Position numbers and translations under genes: made by a program. The notes beneath the pieces were generated by a model. It was not told where the DNA came from. It searched no databases and saw nothing but the letters and a program-made list of their open reading frames with translations. A stretch of DNA of 63,940 bases, counting the filler, from Octopus bimaculoides (Eukaryota), in the NCBI RefSeq assembly GCF_001194135.2. It is 6 parts of 6 records of this genome, joined end to end, with 100 filler letters (N's around TTAATTAATTAA, not from the genome) between each part and the next. Parts side by side here need not be neighbours in the genome. Positions count along the whole stretch, not along the records: positions 1 to 24,831 come from NC_069002.1; positions 24,932 to 33,941 come from NC_068986.1; 4 more parts are not named here. One strand, 5' to 3'. Shown here in pieces: positions 13,851 through 28,298 of this stretch. Position 1 is the first letter of the stretch. The number at the start of each line of letters is the position of its first letter.

Positions 13851-16800
13851 TGTTTCCTTAGATTGCAACATGTATGGTAGTTTGAATAGGATAAGACCTA
13901 ATATTTTTCTGTGGTCTTCCGTTCGTCGATTACAAAACTTCTTTAGTAACTCTATGAATTATATTGTAATACTAACACGTCTTTCCAGTTTCATCTGTGT
14001 TCCCTTTTTTATATAATTGAATATTATGCTGAGATTGTGAATATTTAAACAAAAGATTGGTGGAAATTGATGTTATTTTGCCCCAGTTCAAAACTGACAA
14101 ATTGTAGTTATGAGCAAAACCATTCCATGTGTAATCATCCACTTTAGATTCAAAATAATGTAATTTTATACTCAATGCAAACTTAATAAGAATTATTAAA
14201 TACTTATTTGGAAGGTCATTAAATGTACCATGGAGGAACGTCCTTGTGGCGTCCATGTTGTTTTGTGGAGATTTTCTTTATCCTATTCATTCAGGAAGAA
14301 ACTTAAACGTGTAAGCCTGAGAGCGAGTACTATTTTAACCACGAGCCAAAATTTCAAGTCAGTTCGTATAGGTACTACCACCATATCCAAATTGCTGTTC
14401 CTACATTTTTGAAGTGTCACGTCTGATTTCAGTAATAACAACTGCTATCTCTAGCGAAACGTGCTACCACCGTTTCAACAGCTCGTATCACTGAAATTAC
14501 ACGACAGAGAAAGTATTGTAAAATAGATAGCCAAATAGTTCCATTAATTATAATACCGTGTTGAACTTTTATACTTGTATATTTCCTTTGATGCCTCTAT
14601 CAGACTAAATAGCCAGAAATACACAGTATGAAAACAATACATTCAATAGTTACATAACCTCTTACTTTATGGATGACCTAAAATGTTCGCCAACTATTCT
14701 ATAAAATATTACCGCAATTCATGAACCAGAAATATATCAATGTTGAGCATATTTAAACAAAATAGGAAGCGATGTTTCGGGTAAGAATTTACATGAAGAA
14801 ATCTTATACACTTCCATAAAAGAATCCAAAAAACAATTTTTTAAAATAACATCTACAGTTCTTTTCTTTTCCTTCAATTCCGATATTCTTATATTCACAA
14901 TAAATAATTGAAAAAATTGCACGAAGATTTATGAGGAGATTGAGAGGAGGAAAAATATAAAATCTATTTTGTTTCAAAAAAATAAAACATGGCAAAAAAA
15001 GATCGAATACAGAAAGAGAGAAAAGAAAATCATGATATGTTTCACTTGTTATTTTTTTCCAGCTGATTCAATATAGACTCATATCATGATGTTCACATTC
15101 GGTGCTTTTGCATTTTGAATTTATAAGAAACGTCGAACACCAAAAGTGAAGAAAANNNNNNNNNNNNNNNNNNNNNNNNNNNNNNNNNNNNNNNNNNNNN
15201 NNNNNNNNNNNNNNNNNNNNNNNNNNNNNNNNNNNNNNNNNNNNNNNNNNNNNNNNNNNNNNNNNNNNNNNNNNNNNNNNNNNNNNNNNNNNNNNNNNNN
15301 NNNNNNNNNNNNNNNNNNNNNNNNNNNNNNNNNNNNNNNNNNNNNNNNNNNNNNNNNNNNNNNNNNNNNNNNNNNNNNNNNNNNNNNNNNNNNNNNNNNN
15401 NNNNNNNNNNNNNNNNNNNNNNNNNNNNNNNNNNNNNNNNNNNNNNNNNNNNNNNNNNNNNNNNNNNNNNNNNNNNNNNNNNNNNNNNNNNNNNNNNNNN
15501 NNNNNNNNNNNNNNNNNNNNNNNNNNNNNNNNNNNNNNNNNNNNNNNNNNNNNNNNNNNNNNNNNNNNNNNNNNNNNNNNNNNNNNNNNNNNNNNNNNNN
15601 NNNNNNNNNNNNNNNNNNNNNNNNNNNNNNNNNNNNNNNNNNNNNNNNNNNNNNNNNNNNNNNNNNNNNNNNNNNNNNNNNNNNNNNNNNNNNNNNNNNN
15701 NNNNNNNNNNNNNNNNNNNNNNNNNNNNNNNNNNNNNNNNNNNNNNNNNNNNNNNNNNNNNNNNNNNNNNNNNNNNNNNNNNNNNNNNNNNNNNNNNNNN
15801 NNNNNNNNNNNNNNNNNNNNNNNNNNNNNNNNNNNNNNNNNNNNNNNNNNNNNNNNNNNNNNNNNNNNNNNNNNNNNNNNNNNNNNNNNNNNNNNNNNNN
15901 NNNNNNNNNNNNNNNNNNNNNNNNNNNNNNNNNNNNNNNNNNNNNNNNNNNNNNNNNNNNNNNNNNNNNNNNNNNNNNNNNNNNNNNNNNNNNNNNNNNN
16001 NNNNNNNNNNNNNNNNNNNNNNNNNNNNNNNNNNNNNNNNNNNNNNNNNNNNNNNNNNNNNNNNNNNNNNNNNNNNNNNNNNNNNNNNNNNNNNNNNNNN
16101 NNATATATATATATATATATACACTCGTATATATAACGGGTATATAAATAGCAACATGACAATATATCATGAAATAGCTTACTAATGTCACTCCAGCTAT
16201 TCTTGCAGATTTTCTTTCATATCTCGATATTCCCTCTAACAACACACAGACACAGACACACGGATACACACACACACACAAACACTTGCGCGCGCGTGTA
16301 TATATATGATATGAAACCCATGAAGCTCCATTAGTGCCTAAGGGTCTAGTGTTCCACGTGACTTTTCATAAATAATAAATCATATCTTTGCATCTCTTTC
16401 TGTCTTTAACTTTATTTGCACATACTCACACGGACACACACACACACACATATGTATATATTTATATACACACACATACACACACGCACCCATATATATA
16501 TATATATACATGTATATATATGTATATAAATATATACACATATGCACACGCACACATTCATACGAGTGCTAACAAACTTATAATTTTCATGGATTAAATT
16601 CATGTTTGGTTGATATACTTAGATAAGACAATGATACAAAAAAGAAAGAATATTTTTTATATCGGTACAATTATTAAAATCTTTGTAAAGTAGATAGGAA
16701 TGCTCTGATCCAATGTGGTACCCACTTAGATACTAACCGATATATAAAAAATATATACTGTATCATTATAAACTTATATATCACATAAAACCTACAATTG

Positions 16801-17638
16801 CACACACTGTCAGCATGCACATCTTAACTTTTAACCTTAGTGTGTGCACCGTTACTTTCTCTTTCGTCGCAATCGAATATCTATTGCTTTCTTCTGTGTA
16901 GTTTCTGCTTTATGTTTCTTTTTCTTGATTTTTGCGTCCTAAATTAAGGACTGTATTTTCCCCTTCGTAGATGGAGAAAATTTTATATAATACCCCGCTT
17001 GAGCAAGTAAATATCCAATTTTGATTAATAACTTACTGTGGTTGTCCTCCTCGTAGCACTGCGAATATCGAAGGCTACTGGGAGTCAATTTGATTACCTT
17101 GGGATATCACATGACACAGTAGGTTGCCTCTACAGGTATCTGATATTAAACACCATTTTGGGCTGCTTTGATAATCTTGGGATTTCGGAAATTGTTGTTC
17201 TTTTTTGTGCAATGTAATACTGCTGTTTGCGTTCGATTACCTGCGGGCTTGCATATTGCAGTTATGATTGAAAATAATAGAACAAAAACTTTCGTTTTGC
17301 AACTGCAGCTCTTTAGCATATTTTAATAATATCGAGCAGCTTTTTCAACAATATTTATGCGAATATAGTTTTGACGTTTACTTCGCTAATATTCTTTTTG
17401 ATAAGCTGAACAAATGTCGATCAATACCTGTAGCCTTTGTGAATCTAGATAGCTTCCTCACCCGGTTTATCAAATTGATAGCCTATTGGTTTCATATATC
17501 CATAGTGCTGATTGCTCAATTGATTATTAGTGTTTGTCACAATCGAGAGATTTATTTGGCTGTATATTCTAATGATATAATTTCAATTATTATCTGTCAC
17601 ATGTTAGCTTCTTTTATTAATATTTCTAACCGTTTTGA

Positions 17639-17694
<56 letters not shown>

Positions 17695-17710
17695 ATGTGT
17701 GTATATGTGT

Positions 17711-17756
<46 letters not shown>

Positions 17757-18429
17757 TTTTATATATATCACTTTATATCGTTTTGACAGTATTCAGAATA
17801 TACAGACACTTAGATTCGGCCATTTCTCCATGTCAAGCCTTTCAATATAAACAAAAAAGAACCATCTGTCGTTTTCCTTCACTCAATAACAATGGTAATA
17901 CCTAATACTGTTCTGTTTACATAATTGAATCCTGATCTATGCCACTGATGTAGTCTTTGCCATCATGTATATTTTACAGGCAGAGGGACTGAATGCTCTT
18001 ATGTTAGATTATATAATCCTGAAATTAGGTTAATCGATTGTTCACTTCGTGCGGAAATTTGTACGTATCCACTAGAACAAAATGGTATCTGAAATACTCC
18101 GTACAAAATTAACCAATAGCATTCACCTCATTACAGTGACTAATTCGAGGTATCATACTTTGTTTTCTACATTTAAGCTAGCAGATACAGCCTTAAATTT
18201 TGAAGTCCATCAATGTTATATCTAATTGCATAGTCGCGCTTATACAAATTTGCAGTTAAGTAAATTACATCATCGTTCAAGGTATTATATGTTCAAATAC
18301 TGACGTATTGCAATTCCTAATAAATACGTCTCCCCGATACATATTTCAGCCCTGCCTGCTTCAAGATATAAAGTGTTTGGGAAAGGAAAATGGTGTAATA
18401 ATCTTGTTTATGTATATATATATATGCAA

Positions 18430-18585
18430 CGACCTTTCAATTTCCGTCTACCAAATCCACTCACAGGTCTTGGTCGACCCGAGGCTATAGTCGAAGACAC
18501 ATACCCAAGATGCCTCCCACTGGGACTGAACACAGAAACATGTGATTTGGATACAAGCTTCTTACCAGACAGCCGCATCTGCGAC
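18430..18585 (-). mobile_element. SINE family C 5' fragment
   Basis: ttccgtctaccaaatccactcaca..ttggtcgacccgaggctatagtcgaagacac matches the 51587-51990 copy. Confidence 0.8.
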
Positions 18586-18588
18586 TAA

Positions 18589-18636
<48 letters not shown>

Positions 18637-20164
18637 GTGTGTGTGTATGTGTGTGTGTGTGTATGTGTGTGTGTGTGTGAGTGTGTATGTATGTATGTAT
18701 GTATGTATATAAAGTAACAAATTCAGGAAAGGAATTCCTTCAAAGAAGAGTGTAAAACATCCAATTCACGTGTGCGTCAGTTGAATACCATATAAATATG
18801 TGTATAATGCAAATTACAAACAATAAATGGAAAAGAGAGATACATTTCTCTATCCAATAATTTATTTATATTATAATATATCCTGATGTACTATGAATAT
18901 AAATTAAATAAATAAAGAACATTTTTTGTTTGTTACATTAAACATTCTTTTTTTATATCAATAACTTTATTGTAGCCCTAAGTTTATCTTCATATTTATT
19001 ACGGAATTCTCCCTTCGATAAATTAAGTAAATAAAGGACATTTTTTTAGGCTTCTCTTAATATTTATTACGGAATTCTCCATCCAATAAACTAAATAAAC
19101 AAAGAGCATTTTTTATTAGTTACTTTAAAAAATCTTTTTTTTATAGAAGAGTTCTTATATATTACCGATATAATTATCATTTATATATTTTACACTTCTT
19201 ATTNNNNNNNNNNNNNNNNNNNNNNNNNNNNNNNNNNNNNNNNNNNNNNNNNNNNNNNNNNNNNNNNNNNNNNNNNNNNNNNNNNNNNNNNNNNNNNNNN
19301 NNNNNNNNNNNNNNNNNNNNNNNNNNNNNNNNNNNNNNNNNNNNNNNNNNNNNNNNNNNNNNNNNNNNNNNNNNNNNNNNNNNNNNNNNNNNNNNNNNNN
19401 NNNNNNNNNNNNNNNNNNNNNNNNNNNNNNNNNNNNNNNNNNNNNNNNNNNNNNNNNNNNNNNNNNNNNNNNNNNNNNNNNNNNNNNNNNNNNNNNNNNN
19501 NNNNNNNNNNNNNNNNNNNNNNNNNNNNNNNNNNNNNNNNNNNNNNNNNNNNNNNNNNNNNNNNNNNNNNNNNNNNNNNNNNNNNNNNNNNNNNNNNNNN
19601 NNNNNNNNNNNNNNNNNNNNNNNNNNNNNNNNNNNNNNNNNNNNNNNNNNNNNNNNNNNNNNNNNNNNNNNNNNNNNNNNNNNNNNNNNNNNNNNNNNNN
19701 NNNNNNNNNNNNNNNNNNNNNNNNNNNNNNNNNNNNNNNNNNNNNNNNNNNNNNNNNNNNNNNNNNNNNNNNNNNNNNNNNNNNNNNNNNNNNNNNNNNN
19801 NNNNNNNNNNNNNNNNNNNNNNNNNNNNNNNNNNNNNNNNNNNNNNNNNNNNNNNNNNNNNNNNNNNNNNNNNNNNNNNNNNNNNNNNNNNNNNNNNNNN
19901 NNNNNNNNNNNNNNNNNNNNNNNNNNNNNNNNNNNNNNNNNNNNNNNNNNNNNNNNNNNNNNNNNNNNNNNNNNNNNNNNNNNNNNNNNNNNNNNNNNNN
20001 NNNNNNNNNNNNNNNNNNNNNNNNNNNNNNNNNNNNNNNNNNNNNNNNNNNNNNNNNNNNNNNNNNNNNNNNNNNNNNNNNNNNNNNNNNNNNNNNNNNN
20101 NNNNNNNNNNNNNNNNNNNNNNNNNNNNNNNNNNNNNNNNNNNNNNNNNNNNNNNNNNNNNNNN

Positions 20165-20208
<44 letters not shown>

Positions 20209-21212
20209 CACACAAATATTCTCGTACGACATAAAATCTGCATAAAACATAATGTTGTGGGTAAGAAACAAGATATATTATTTTATGCAGAATAGATAAC
20301 TCTATTTAGGAAAAGAAAAAATGCTATATACAACGCTAGTCTTGTTTCCTTAAACAGAATTTCGTTCAATAAATTGTTGAAGGGAACTAGCATGTACTGC
20401 TGAGAATCACTCTCTTTAGACATATTCACACACATGCCGACAGCCACTCACGCAAAAAAATAACTTTCTTTGTGTTTGTGTATGTGCGTGTATATGCGCA
20501 TCTATGCCTGTGTTTCTTTTGTATGTGTATGAGAGAGTTCATGCGTCTCAAATCTGTGCAATGTAATTTACGTCGACAGAAATTTACATGATTGCACATG
20601 AAAAAGTTTGAAATATTTCTATTGCCCTTAAACTTCTCGCTAAAGTAAATTGGTAATATTTACTTATATATATATACACATTTTGGGGGGCTCTTTTTTT
20701 TTTCTGGTATTAATTTATTGACATTAAATATCGGATGCACATGACATCTATGATTAATTTATTTGTTATCACCTTTTTTCCAGGCCAGCATTTTTTAGGG
20801 CAATACAGTCTGGTTGCTTCGTCGATTAAATTCCGTTTCCACAGGCAGGAAAATTCAGTGCTGTTAAATACCTACCTTTCCTAAAATATTACTTAAGTGA
20901 ATCTAATGCACATTAGTTTAACGTATCGGAAACACACCATAAAGCAATTTGTTGAGTGAAATGGTTCTTGTACATATGTGCGGATTTTCGTTTCTCTTTC
21001 TTCTTCTTTGCGTGTAGTTTTATTATTTTATTGTATTTCTTAAAATATCCTGTTGTGTGAGATATCAAGATTCTGTTCAACGTAGGTGTGAGAGTGGACT
21101 CTTGTGAGTAACGGATCCATCTATAACATATCAAGGTGTCTGTCTATCTAATCTATTTATGTATTTGCCCGTGTATCTATCTCTTTATTTACCTATTCTC
21201 TCTCTCTCTCTT

Positions 21213-21259
<47 letters not shown>

Positions 21260-22111
21260 ATTCTCTCTTTCTGTTTCTCTCCTTCTGTGTGTTAATGTGT
21301 TTCTTGTTTCTTTACTCGTCATTGTGTGCTTGGCTTAAAGTGTTAGAATTATCAGGCAAGTAGGCATGTACATATGTACACACATACACACATATATATG
21401 TATATATATATATANNNNNNNNNNNNNNNNNNNNNNNNNNNNNNNNNNNNNNNNNNNNNNNNNNNNNNNNNNNNNNNNNNNNNNNNNNNNNNNNNNNNNN
21501 NNNNNNNNNNNNNNNNNNNNNNNNNNNNNNNNNNNNNNNNNNNNNNNNNNNNNNNNNNNNNNNNNNNNNNNNNNNNNNNNNNNNNNNNNNNNNNNNNNNN
21601 NNNNNNNNNNNNNNNNNNNNNNNNNNNNNNNNNNNNNNNNNNNNNNNNNNNNNNNNNNNNNNNNNNNNNNNNNNNNNNNNNNNNNNNNNNNNNNNNNNNN
21701 NNNNNNNNNNNNNNNNNNNNNNNNNNNNGAGAGAGAGAGAGAGGGAGAGAGAGAGAGAGGGAGAGAGAGAGAGAGAGAGTTAAGAGAGTGTTAGGTACTG
21801 AGACAGAAAGAATAAATTGATGAGAGACAATGAAGCGAGAAAATGTGCTCAAAATAAGATTCAACTGGAAAATACCATGAGTCTACTTAAAAGTGAGGTC
21901 GGGCAGATTCCAAATTCAATATATGATTCAATGATCGTATTGTATATTATGAGTTTGCTTTCATTTCCCTGGAAGTATAAATAGAATGTTCTGAATATCA
22001 TATCTCGCCAAAGTAGTGAACGACAAGTTAGTAATTTTCTTTTGATTAATACAATATTTTTGGTACAAGGCAAACAGTTTCGTTGGACGTGTCTCAAACA
22101 ATTATATCGAT

Positions 22112-22460
22112 TCCAGTGCTCAGCTGATATTTATTTTATCGACCCCGAAAGGACGAAAGGTAAATTTGAATCCGATGTCATTTCAACTTGTAACGTAAAG
22201 AAGTGCGATATGGCGCTAAGCATTTTGCCCGATGCGCTAACGACTGTGCCAACTCGCCGCCTTCTGAGGCCGATGATGTTGGTTTCAAATGTTGACCCAA
22301 ATCCAGCGACTCTGGAGAAGGTGAGTGGAAGTCAGTTGCATCGGCCGCAGTGTTCAGCTGGTACTTATGCTATCGACCACGAAAGAATGAAAAGCAAAGT
22401 CGACCTTAGCGGTGTTTGATCTAAAAACATGAAGACGGACCGGTGTGCTACCAGCTTGCC
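22112..22460 (-). mobile_element. Two tandem degenerate SINE family A copies
   Basis: Each carries atcgacc.cgaaag.a.gaaa, and the first also ctaagcattttgccc..gctaacga..tgcca.ctcgcc; reverse complement of the 56297 copy. Confidence 0.75.
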
Positions 22461-23324
22461 GTTTTCAAACGCGGAAAATATTGAGTCCGGTAGTATGTGA
22501 AACATACTGCAGTGAAGCATCTTTCATCTGAATAGCGACCATGGTGATCTCTTTAAGCGTATTCTATAACACCTACAAATAACAACCAAATTTATTTACA
22601 AAAGATGACCCGATGTCTTAAACAAAAGTCATATTTTTCCTCTATCACCAAGTTTTATATCAGTGTGACATTTTTCTAGAAAAATGCTCTGATAACAGTG
22701 TCCCTCAATACCGTTGGTCTTACCGAGCGCCCTGACACCAATCCAGGGTATTTCTGCGTTCCTGCGCTGAGATGGATTGTTATCATATATGCTTGTCAAC
22801 CCATACTTGGGACCCTGCAGAAAACAATAGTTGTTAAGCTGTGGTTCCACTCTCCTAAAATCCTGGAACTTCCGAATCAGCGCTCCACTACCAGGTACAA
22901 TTTCAAGTTATATCCAGAACAGCGATTAATACATACATACAAGCATGCATGCATACATACATACATACATACATACATACATACATACATACGTGTCCAT
23001 GTATACGTAGACATAGACATACCTAGATGTGTTTCTTGTTGTTTTCTATAGTTCAACATTCGCTAGAACATTATGTAAAGACGAACAGTGAGTTATTTAT
23101 TTTCCATTACGTTCCAGAAATATATGGCGAGAACTGTTTCAAATCTTTCGCTGCTGTTTTATAATAGATAAGCCTTACTTAAACATGCAGTATGAGATGG
23201 AAAATGTTCCTGAGAGAATCAAAGCTGGAAAACATACGATATGTGATCACGTGCCGTTCTAACTAAATAATTAGAGAACAAAGTCCATATAGGATAGAAA
23301 TGCAACGATTTGTTTTCAGAAGGT

Positions 23325-23615
23325 CGTTTATGTTTAGTTTCAGTCATTTGACCGTGGTTATACTGTGACACCGCCTTGATCAAACTTTAGTCAAATGAAT
23401 CGACGCCAGTACCTTTGTTTGTAAAACTTATACTTATTTTGTGGAACCCTTATGCCTAAGGGCTAGGTGACCTCTTTAAGTTTCCGTCTATCAAATCTAC
23501 TGACAAGGATTTGGTTGGCCCGTGGTAATACTAAAAGAGACATGTTGAAGGTGCTACGAAGTGGGACTCAATACGGAACTATGTAGTTGCAAAGCAAGAT
23601 TCTTACCGCATGAAA
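23325..23615 (-). mobile_element. Degenerate SINE family C
   Basis: tttcagtcatttgacc..acaccgcc..tttagtc..tttccgtctatcaaatctactgacaagg; colinear with 51587-51990. Confidence 0.7.
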
Positions 23616-24770
23616 ACGCTCGCACCAATGTATATATATAATTAGCATTTTCAATGGTTTCTACTAAAATAGTACAAGACCACGCAGAAGTCGCAATTTC
23701 ATTGGTCTCCAACTATTTACCATCGTGTTCTATATTTTTAAAAAGTCATATTTCTCCTAAAAATGCTTCGTTGCTTTATTTGATAATAGATTACAAAATT
23801 ACCGAAAAATTATATAAAAACTACAAGCTAAAAATTTTGTGTGTGGAGGTGGATATTCGACTACAGTGTGTTTTCGGTAAATGGTGCGCTGCAGCCGTTC
23901 TGCATATAGATTATATTATAAAATATTCATGAACATTTTATAGTTTCACAAATATTTCAGTAGTAAAAAAAAATGTGATGCATATACAATAAACACGTTT
24001 AGAATGATAATGTGTATTAAAATCTGATACAACACCCGAAGTGGGAATCGATATTCTATGCGGTCTATAAATCAGAGAGAATTACAACCCAATTGTCCAT
24101 CACAATTTGACCAAAATTATTTGCCTGGGTATATCAGATATTATGAGCATCATTGTATTTTTCCGGGAGAAAGGTGGACGGAAAACTTACAAACAAAATA
24201 CATGTAATAATAGATCTGCTCTGTAAGTGCAGACAGCGAAATAAAAGCATCAGGAACAACTTAGTGCTTTGTTCCCATCAGGAAATCTCAGGTGCAATCA
24301 GCTGGCAAACAAATACAATTCATAAATTATTAGATGCAAATATAATGAAACTCATGATGTTACCACACAGAGGGAAAATAAAAATTTAGCTCAAATTCTC
24401 AATTTCAAGGCAATATATGTTTGAATCAATATTAACTTCTACTTCTGCCACGAGAGTTGCTGTCGTGTGATAGAAATTGAAGTGAATATCGATTCAAAGA
24501 CCGAACTACGCAAGCAAACACACACATTCACACATGCGCACTTGCTCACACAGTCATACACACACACGCCAACTCGCGCGGAGTCAGACACACGAGCCAG
24601 CACTCGAGCACGCGCATACACGCACACATACACACATATGCATATAATAAATCGTGGTTCCATGTTTTAATTGGTGAAATTCATAGGAAATAAAGTATCG
24701 CATAAGAGTACCCGCTTGTAATTTACCACTATTTTAACAGTTCATATCTTCGAGGTACAATGCATTTGTA

Positions 24771-24831
<61 letters not shown>

Positions 24832-24931
24832 NNNNNNNNNNNNNNNNNNNNNNNNNNNNNNNNNNNNNNNNNNNNTTAATTAATTAANNNNNNNNNNNNN
24901 NNNNNNNNNNNNNNNNNNNNNNNNNNNNNNN
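24832..24931. other. Artificial scaffold linker (44 N + TTAATTAATTAA + 44 N)
   Basis: Identical 100-bp construct occurs five times; the 12-mer gives stops in all six frames. Confidence 0.95.
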
Positions 24932-24940
24932 ATATATATG

Positions 24941-25160
24941 AGGCGGTGAGCTAGCAGAATTATTAGAACGTCGGGCAAAATTCTTAGCGGCATTTCGTCT
25001 GTCTTTACGTTCTGAGTTTGAATTCTACCGAGGTCGACTTTGCCTTTCATCTTTTCGAGGTCTATAGAATAAGTACCAGTTGAGCACTGGGGTCAATGTA
25101 AACGACTTAATCTTTTCCCTGAAGTGGCTGGCCTTGTGCCAAAACTTGAAGCCAATATAT
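24941..25160 (+). mobile_element. SINE family A copy
   Basis: ggcggtgagctagcagaat...ttacgttctgagtttgaattctaccgaggtcgactttgcctttcatc...aagtaccagttgagcactggggtc. Confidence 0.85.
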
Positions 25161-27365
25161 GATCGCTCGGCCTACCAAAATTAGAAACCAAACCTCCCTT
25201 CACTTCATATCAGCCTACCAACTTAACAAAACGGTAAGACAAACCGAACATTGCAGAGTCCAGGATATAGAAAAAAGAAAAAAGCAAACAAAAAAAATGG
25301 AGTTTTCATGACAGAATGTCAAAGATGACCTGGATTGTGAGGGTACTAAACAACAATAACCTCGTGTAATTTCTATGCTGAATGGCGACATAGCATAATG
25401 TAAACTGAGATGCAGTTGTAGTGTCTGAGAAGGGGGGTGGGGGAGGTCTGGCCCGAACGATGCTTTTATGGGGCTGTCACATTGAACTTTGTTGTATAAG
25501 CTTACATAGAGGTAAGGGAATGAGGGCAAGGGGTAGCAAGCTTTAGAGCCACTGCCTTGATAAAACAGATGTTGAGATAGTCAGAGATAGAAAGACAGGC
25601 TTTGATTAAAAAGAAAAAAAACAATTGACTTAAGACTGACATGCGGCTTAACAAGAACAACCAAGGCAAGAAGAAAACGAAGATCTTGACGAAGAAAAAG
25701 AAGACGGCGGGGATGACAACAACGAGGAAGAAGAAGGTGAAGAAGAACAGCATTAACAACATCAACAAAAATAATAAGAATAGCATCTAAGCCACCGTAA
25801 AGCTTTAGTCCACCGAAAAACAAAAGGAAAAGAAAAATAAAGAAAGAAAGCAAAATACCGATAAATTTTACACGAAGAAACAAAAATAAATAGATAAAAA
25901 CTTGCTAGAATTGTATTTTTACGTCAAGTAGAAAGTGTATGAAGCTTGAAAAGTTTGAGATGGAAAAACATCGCATAACGATGCAATATTTCATGTTATC
26001 AGGTTTTGATTCTCATGCTGATAGAAACAATAAAAATATATCAAAATTTTTCATTGAGAAAGCCTCNNNNNNNNNNNNNNNNNNNNNNNNNNNNNNNNNN
26101 NNNNNNNNNNNNNNNNNNNNNNNNNNNNNNNNNNNNNNNNNNNNNNNNNNNNNNNNNNNNNNNNNNNNNNNNNNNNNNNNNNNNNNNNNNNNNNNNNNNN
26201 NNNNNNNNNNNNNNNNNNNNNNNNNNNNNNNNNNNNNNNNNNNNNNNNNNNNNNNNNNNNNNNNNNNNNNNNNNNNNNNNNNNNNNNNNNNNNNNNNNNN
26301 NNNNNNNNNNNNNNNNNNNNNNNNNNNNNNNNNNNNNNNNNNNNNNNNNNNNNNNNNNNNNNNNNNNNNNNNNNNNNNNNNNNNNNNNNNNNNNNNNNNN
26401 NNNNNNNNNNNNNNNNNNNNNNNNNNNNNNNNNNNNNNNNNNNNNNNNNNNNNNNNNNNNNNNNNNNNNNNNNNNNNNNNNNNNNNNNNNNNNNNNNNNN
26501 NNNNNNNNNNNNNNNNNNNNNNNNNNNNNNNNNNNNNNNNNNNNNNNNNNNNNNNNNNNNNNNNNNNNNNNNNNNNNNNNNNNNNNNNNNNNNNNNNNNN
26601 NNNNNNNNNNNNNNNNNNNNNNNNNNNNNNNNNNNNNNNNNNNNNNNNNNNNNNNNNNNNNNNNNNNNNNNNNNNNNNNNNNNNNNNNNNNNNNNNNNNN
26701 NNNNNNNNNNNNNNNNNNNNNNNNNNNNNNNNNNNNNNNNNNNNNNNNNNNNNNNNNNNNNNNNNNNNNNNNNNNNNNNNNNNNNNNNNNNNNNNNNNNN
26801 NNNNNNNNNNNNNNNNNNNNNNNNNNNNNNNNNNNNNNNNNNNNNNNNNNNNNNNNNNNNNNNNNNATATATATATATATATATATATATACTCAATAAA
26901 TATTATGTTATACATACACACTTGTACATACACACATATATACATATACATATATAAATATATACATATACATACACACTCGCGCGCGCACACACACACA
27001 CATATACATACACCTACACACACACATATACACCCCCACACACATATATACACCCCCACACACATACACACATATATTTGCATAAACGTACACGCTAGAC
27101 ATACCATATAATTTAATATGTATGTGTATGTATGTATGTATTTATGTATGTATGTATTTATGTATGTATGTATAAGTATATGGAAACATGATATTGTTTA
27201 ATAAACATTGTAAATAAAAAATGTAAGTCACTAGGTCAGTCGATTAACGCATAAACTTTTTTCTATTACCGTAGATATTTATCGATATATCGATAAATAT
27301 GTAAAATAGCACAAAACGTAAAGGAAAAAAAAAACTTTGTTAAAGTATGGTTTAATGGTGTTACT

Positions 27366-27584
<219 letters not shown>

Positions 27585-27585
27585 C

Positions 27586-28298
27586 CTTTCCATTGTAGGT
27601 ACAAGGACGAAATTTGGGGGTGGGGGGTCCAGTCGATTACATTGACCCCAGTACATAACTGGTACTTAATTTATCGACTCCGAAAGGATGAAAGACAAAG
27701 TCAAACTCGACAGAATTTAAACTCAGGATGCAGATAGCCGGAGAAAATACCACTAAGCATTTTATCCAGCGTACTAACGGTTCAGCCTTACTACTACATC
27801 TAATACTAATAATTGTTTCAAATTTAGACACAATTTTAAGAGGAGAATGATAGTCGATTACATCAACCACAGTATTTGACTGGTACTTTATTTTTATCGA
27901 TCCAAAAAAGTATGAAAAACAATATGGCTTCAGCAATATTTGAATTTAGAATATAAAGAACTGGAAGAAATACTGCTAGGCATTTTGTCTGACGCACTAA
28001 CGATTTTGTAAGCTCATCGCCTTAATAATGGTCTCTCAAATGTACAATACCAGCAATTTTTTCAGGTGAGTGCAGTTTGTCGATTACATCGATATTCAGC
28101 TCTTGGCTGATGTTTCTTATTTTATCGATTCCGAAGGAATGAAAGACAATGTTGACTTCGAAGTCGCCGAGGTCGACTTTGCCATTCGTCCTTTTGGATT
28201 TGATAAAATAAATACCAGCTGAATACTGGGGACGATGTAATCGACTTACCCCATCCGCCGACCCTGTTGGTGTTGTTCCAAAATTTGAAAGCAATTTA
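27586..28298. mobile_element. Cluster of four SINE family A copies (three minus, the last plus)
   Basis: Repeated gtcgattacat..ctggtact..tttatcga..gaaag units at about 27586, 27810 and 28024, and a plus-strand partial copy at 28161-28298. Confidence 0.8.

Noticed and set aside
14040-14180. Serpin-like motifs (EIDVILPQFK; FHV-NHP..ILY)
   Set aside because: The motifs are only about 15 codons apart, far too close for a serpin, with stops between them; likely chance.
25640-25760. Acidic or basic low-complexity reading frames
   Set aside because: Short GAA/AAC-rich simple sequence without splice signals or homology.
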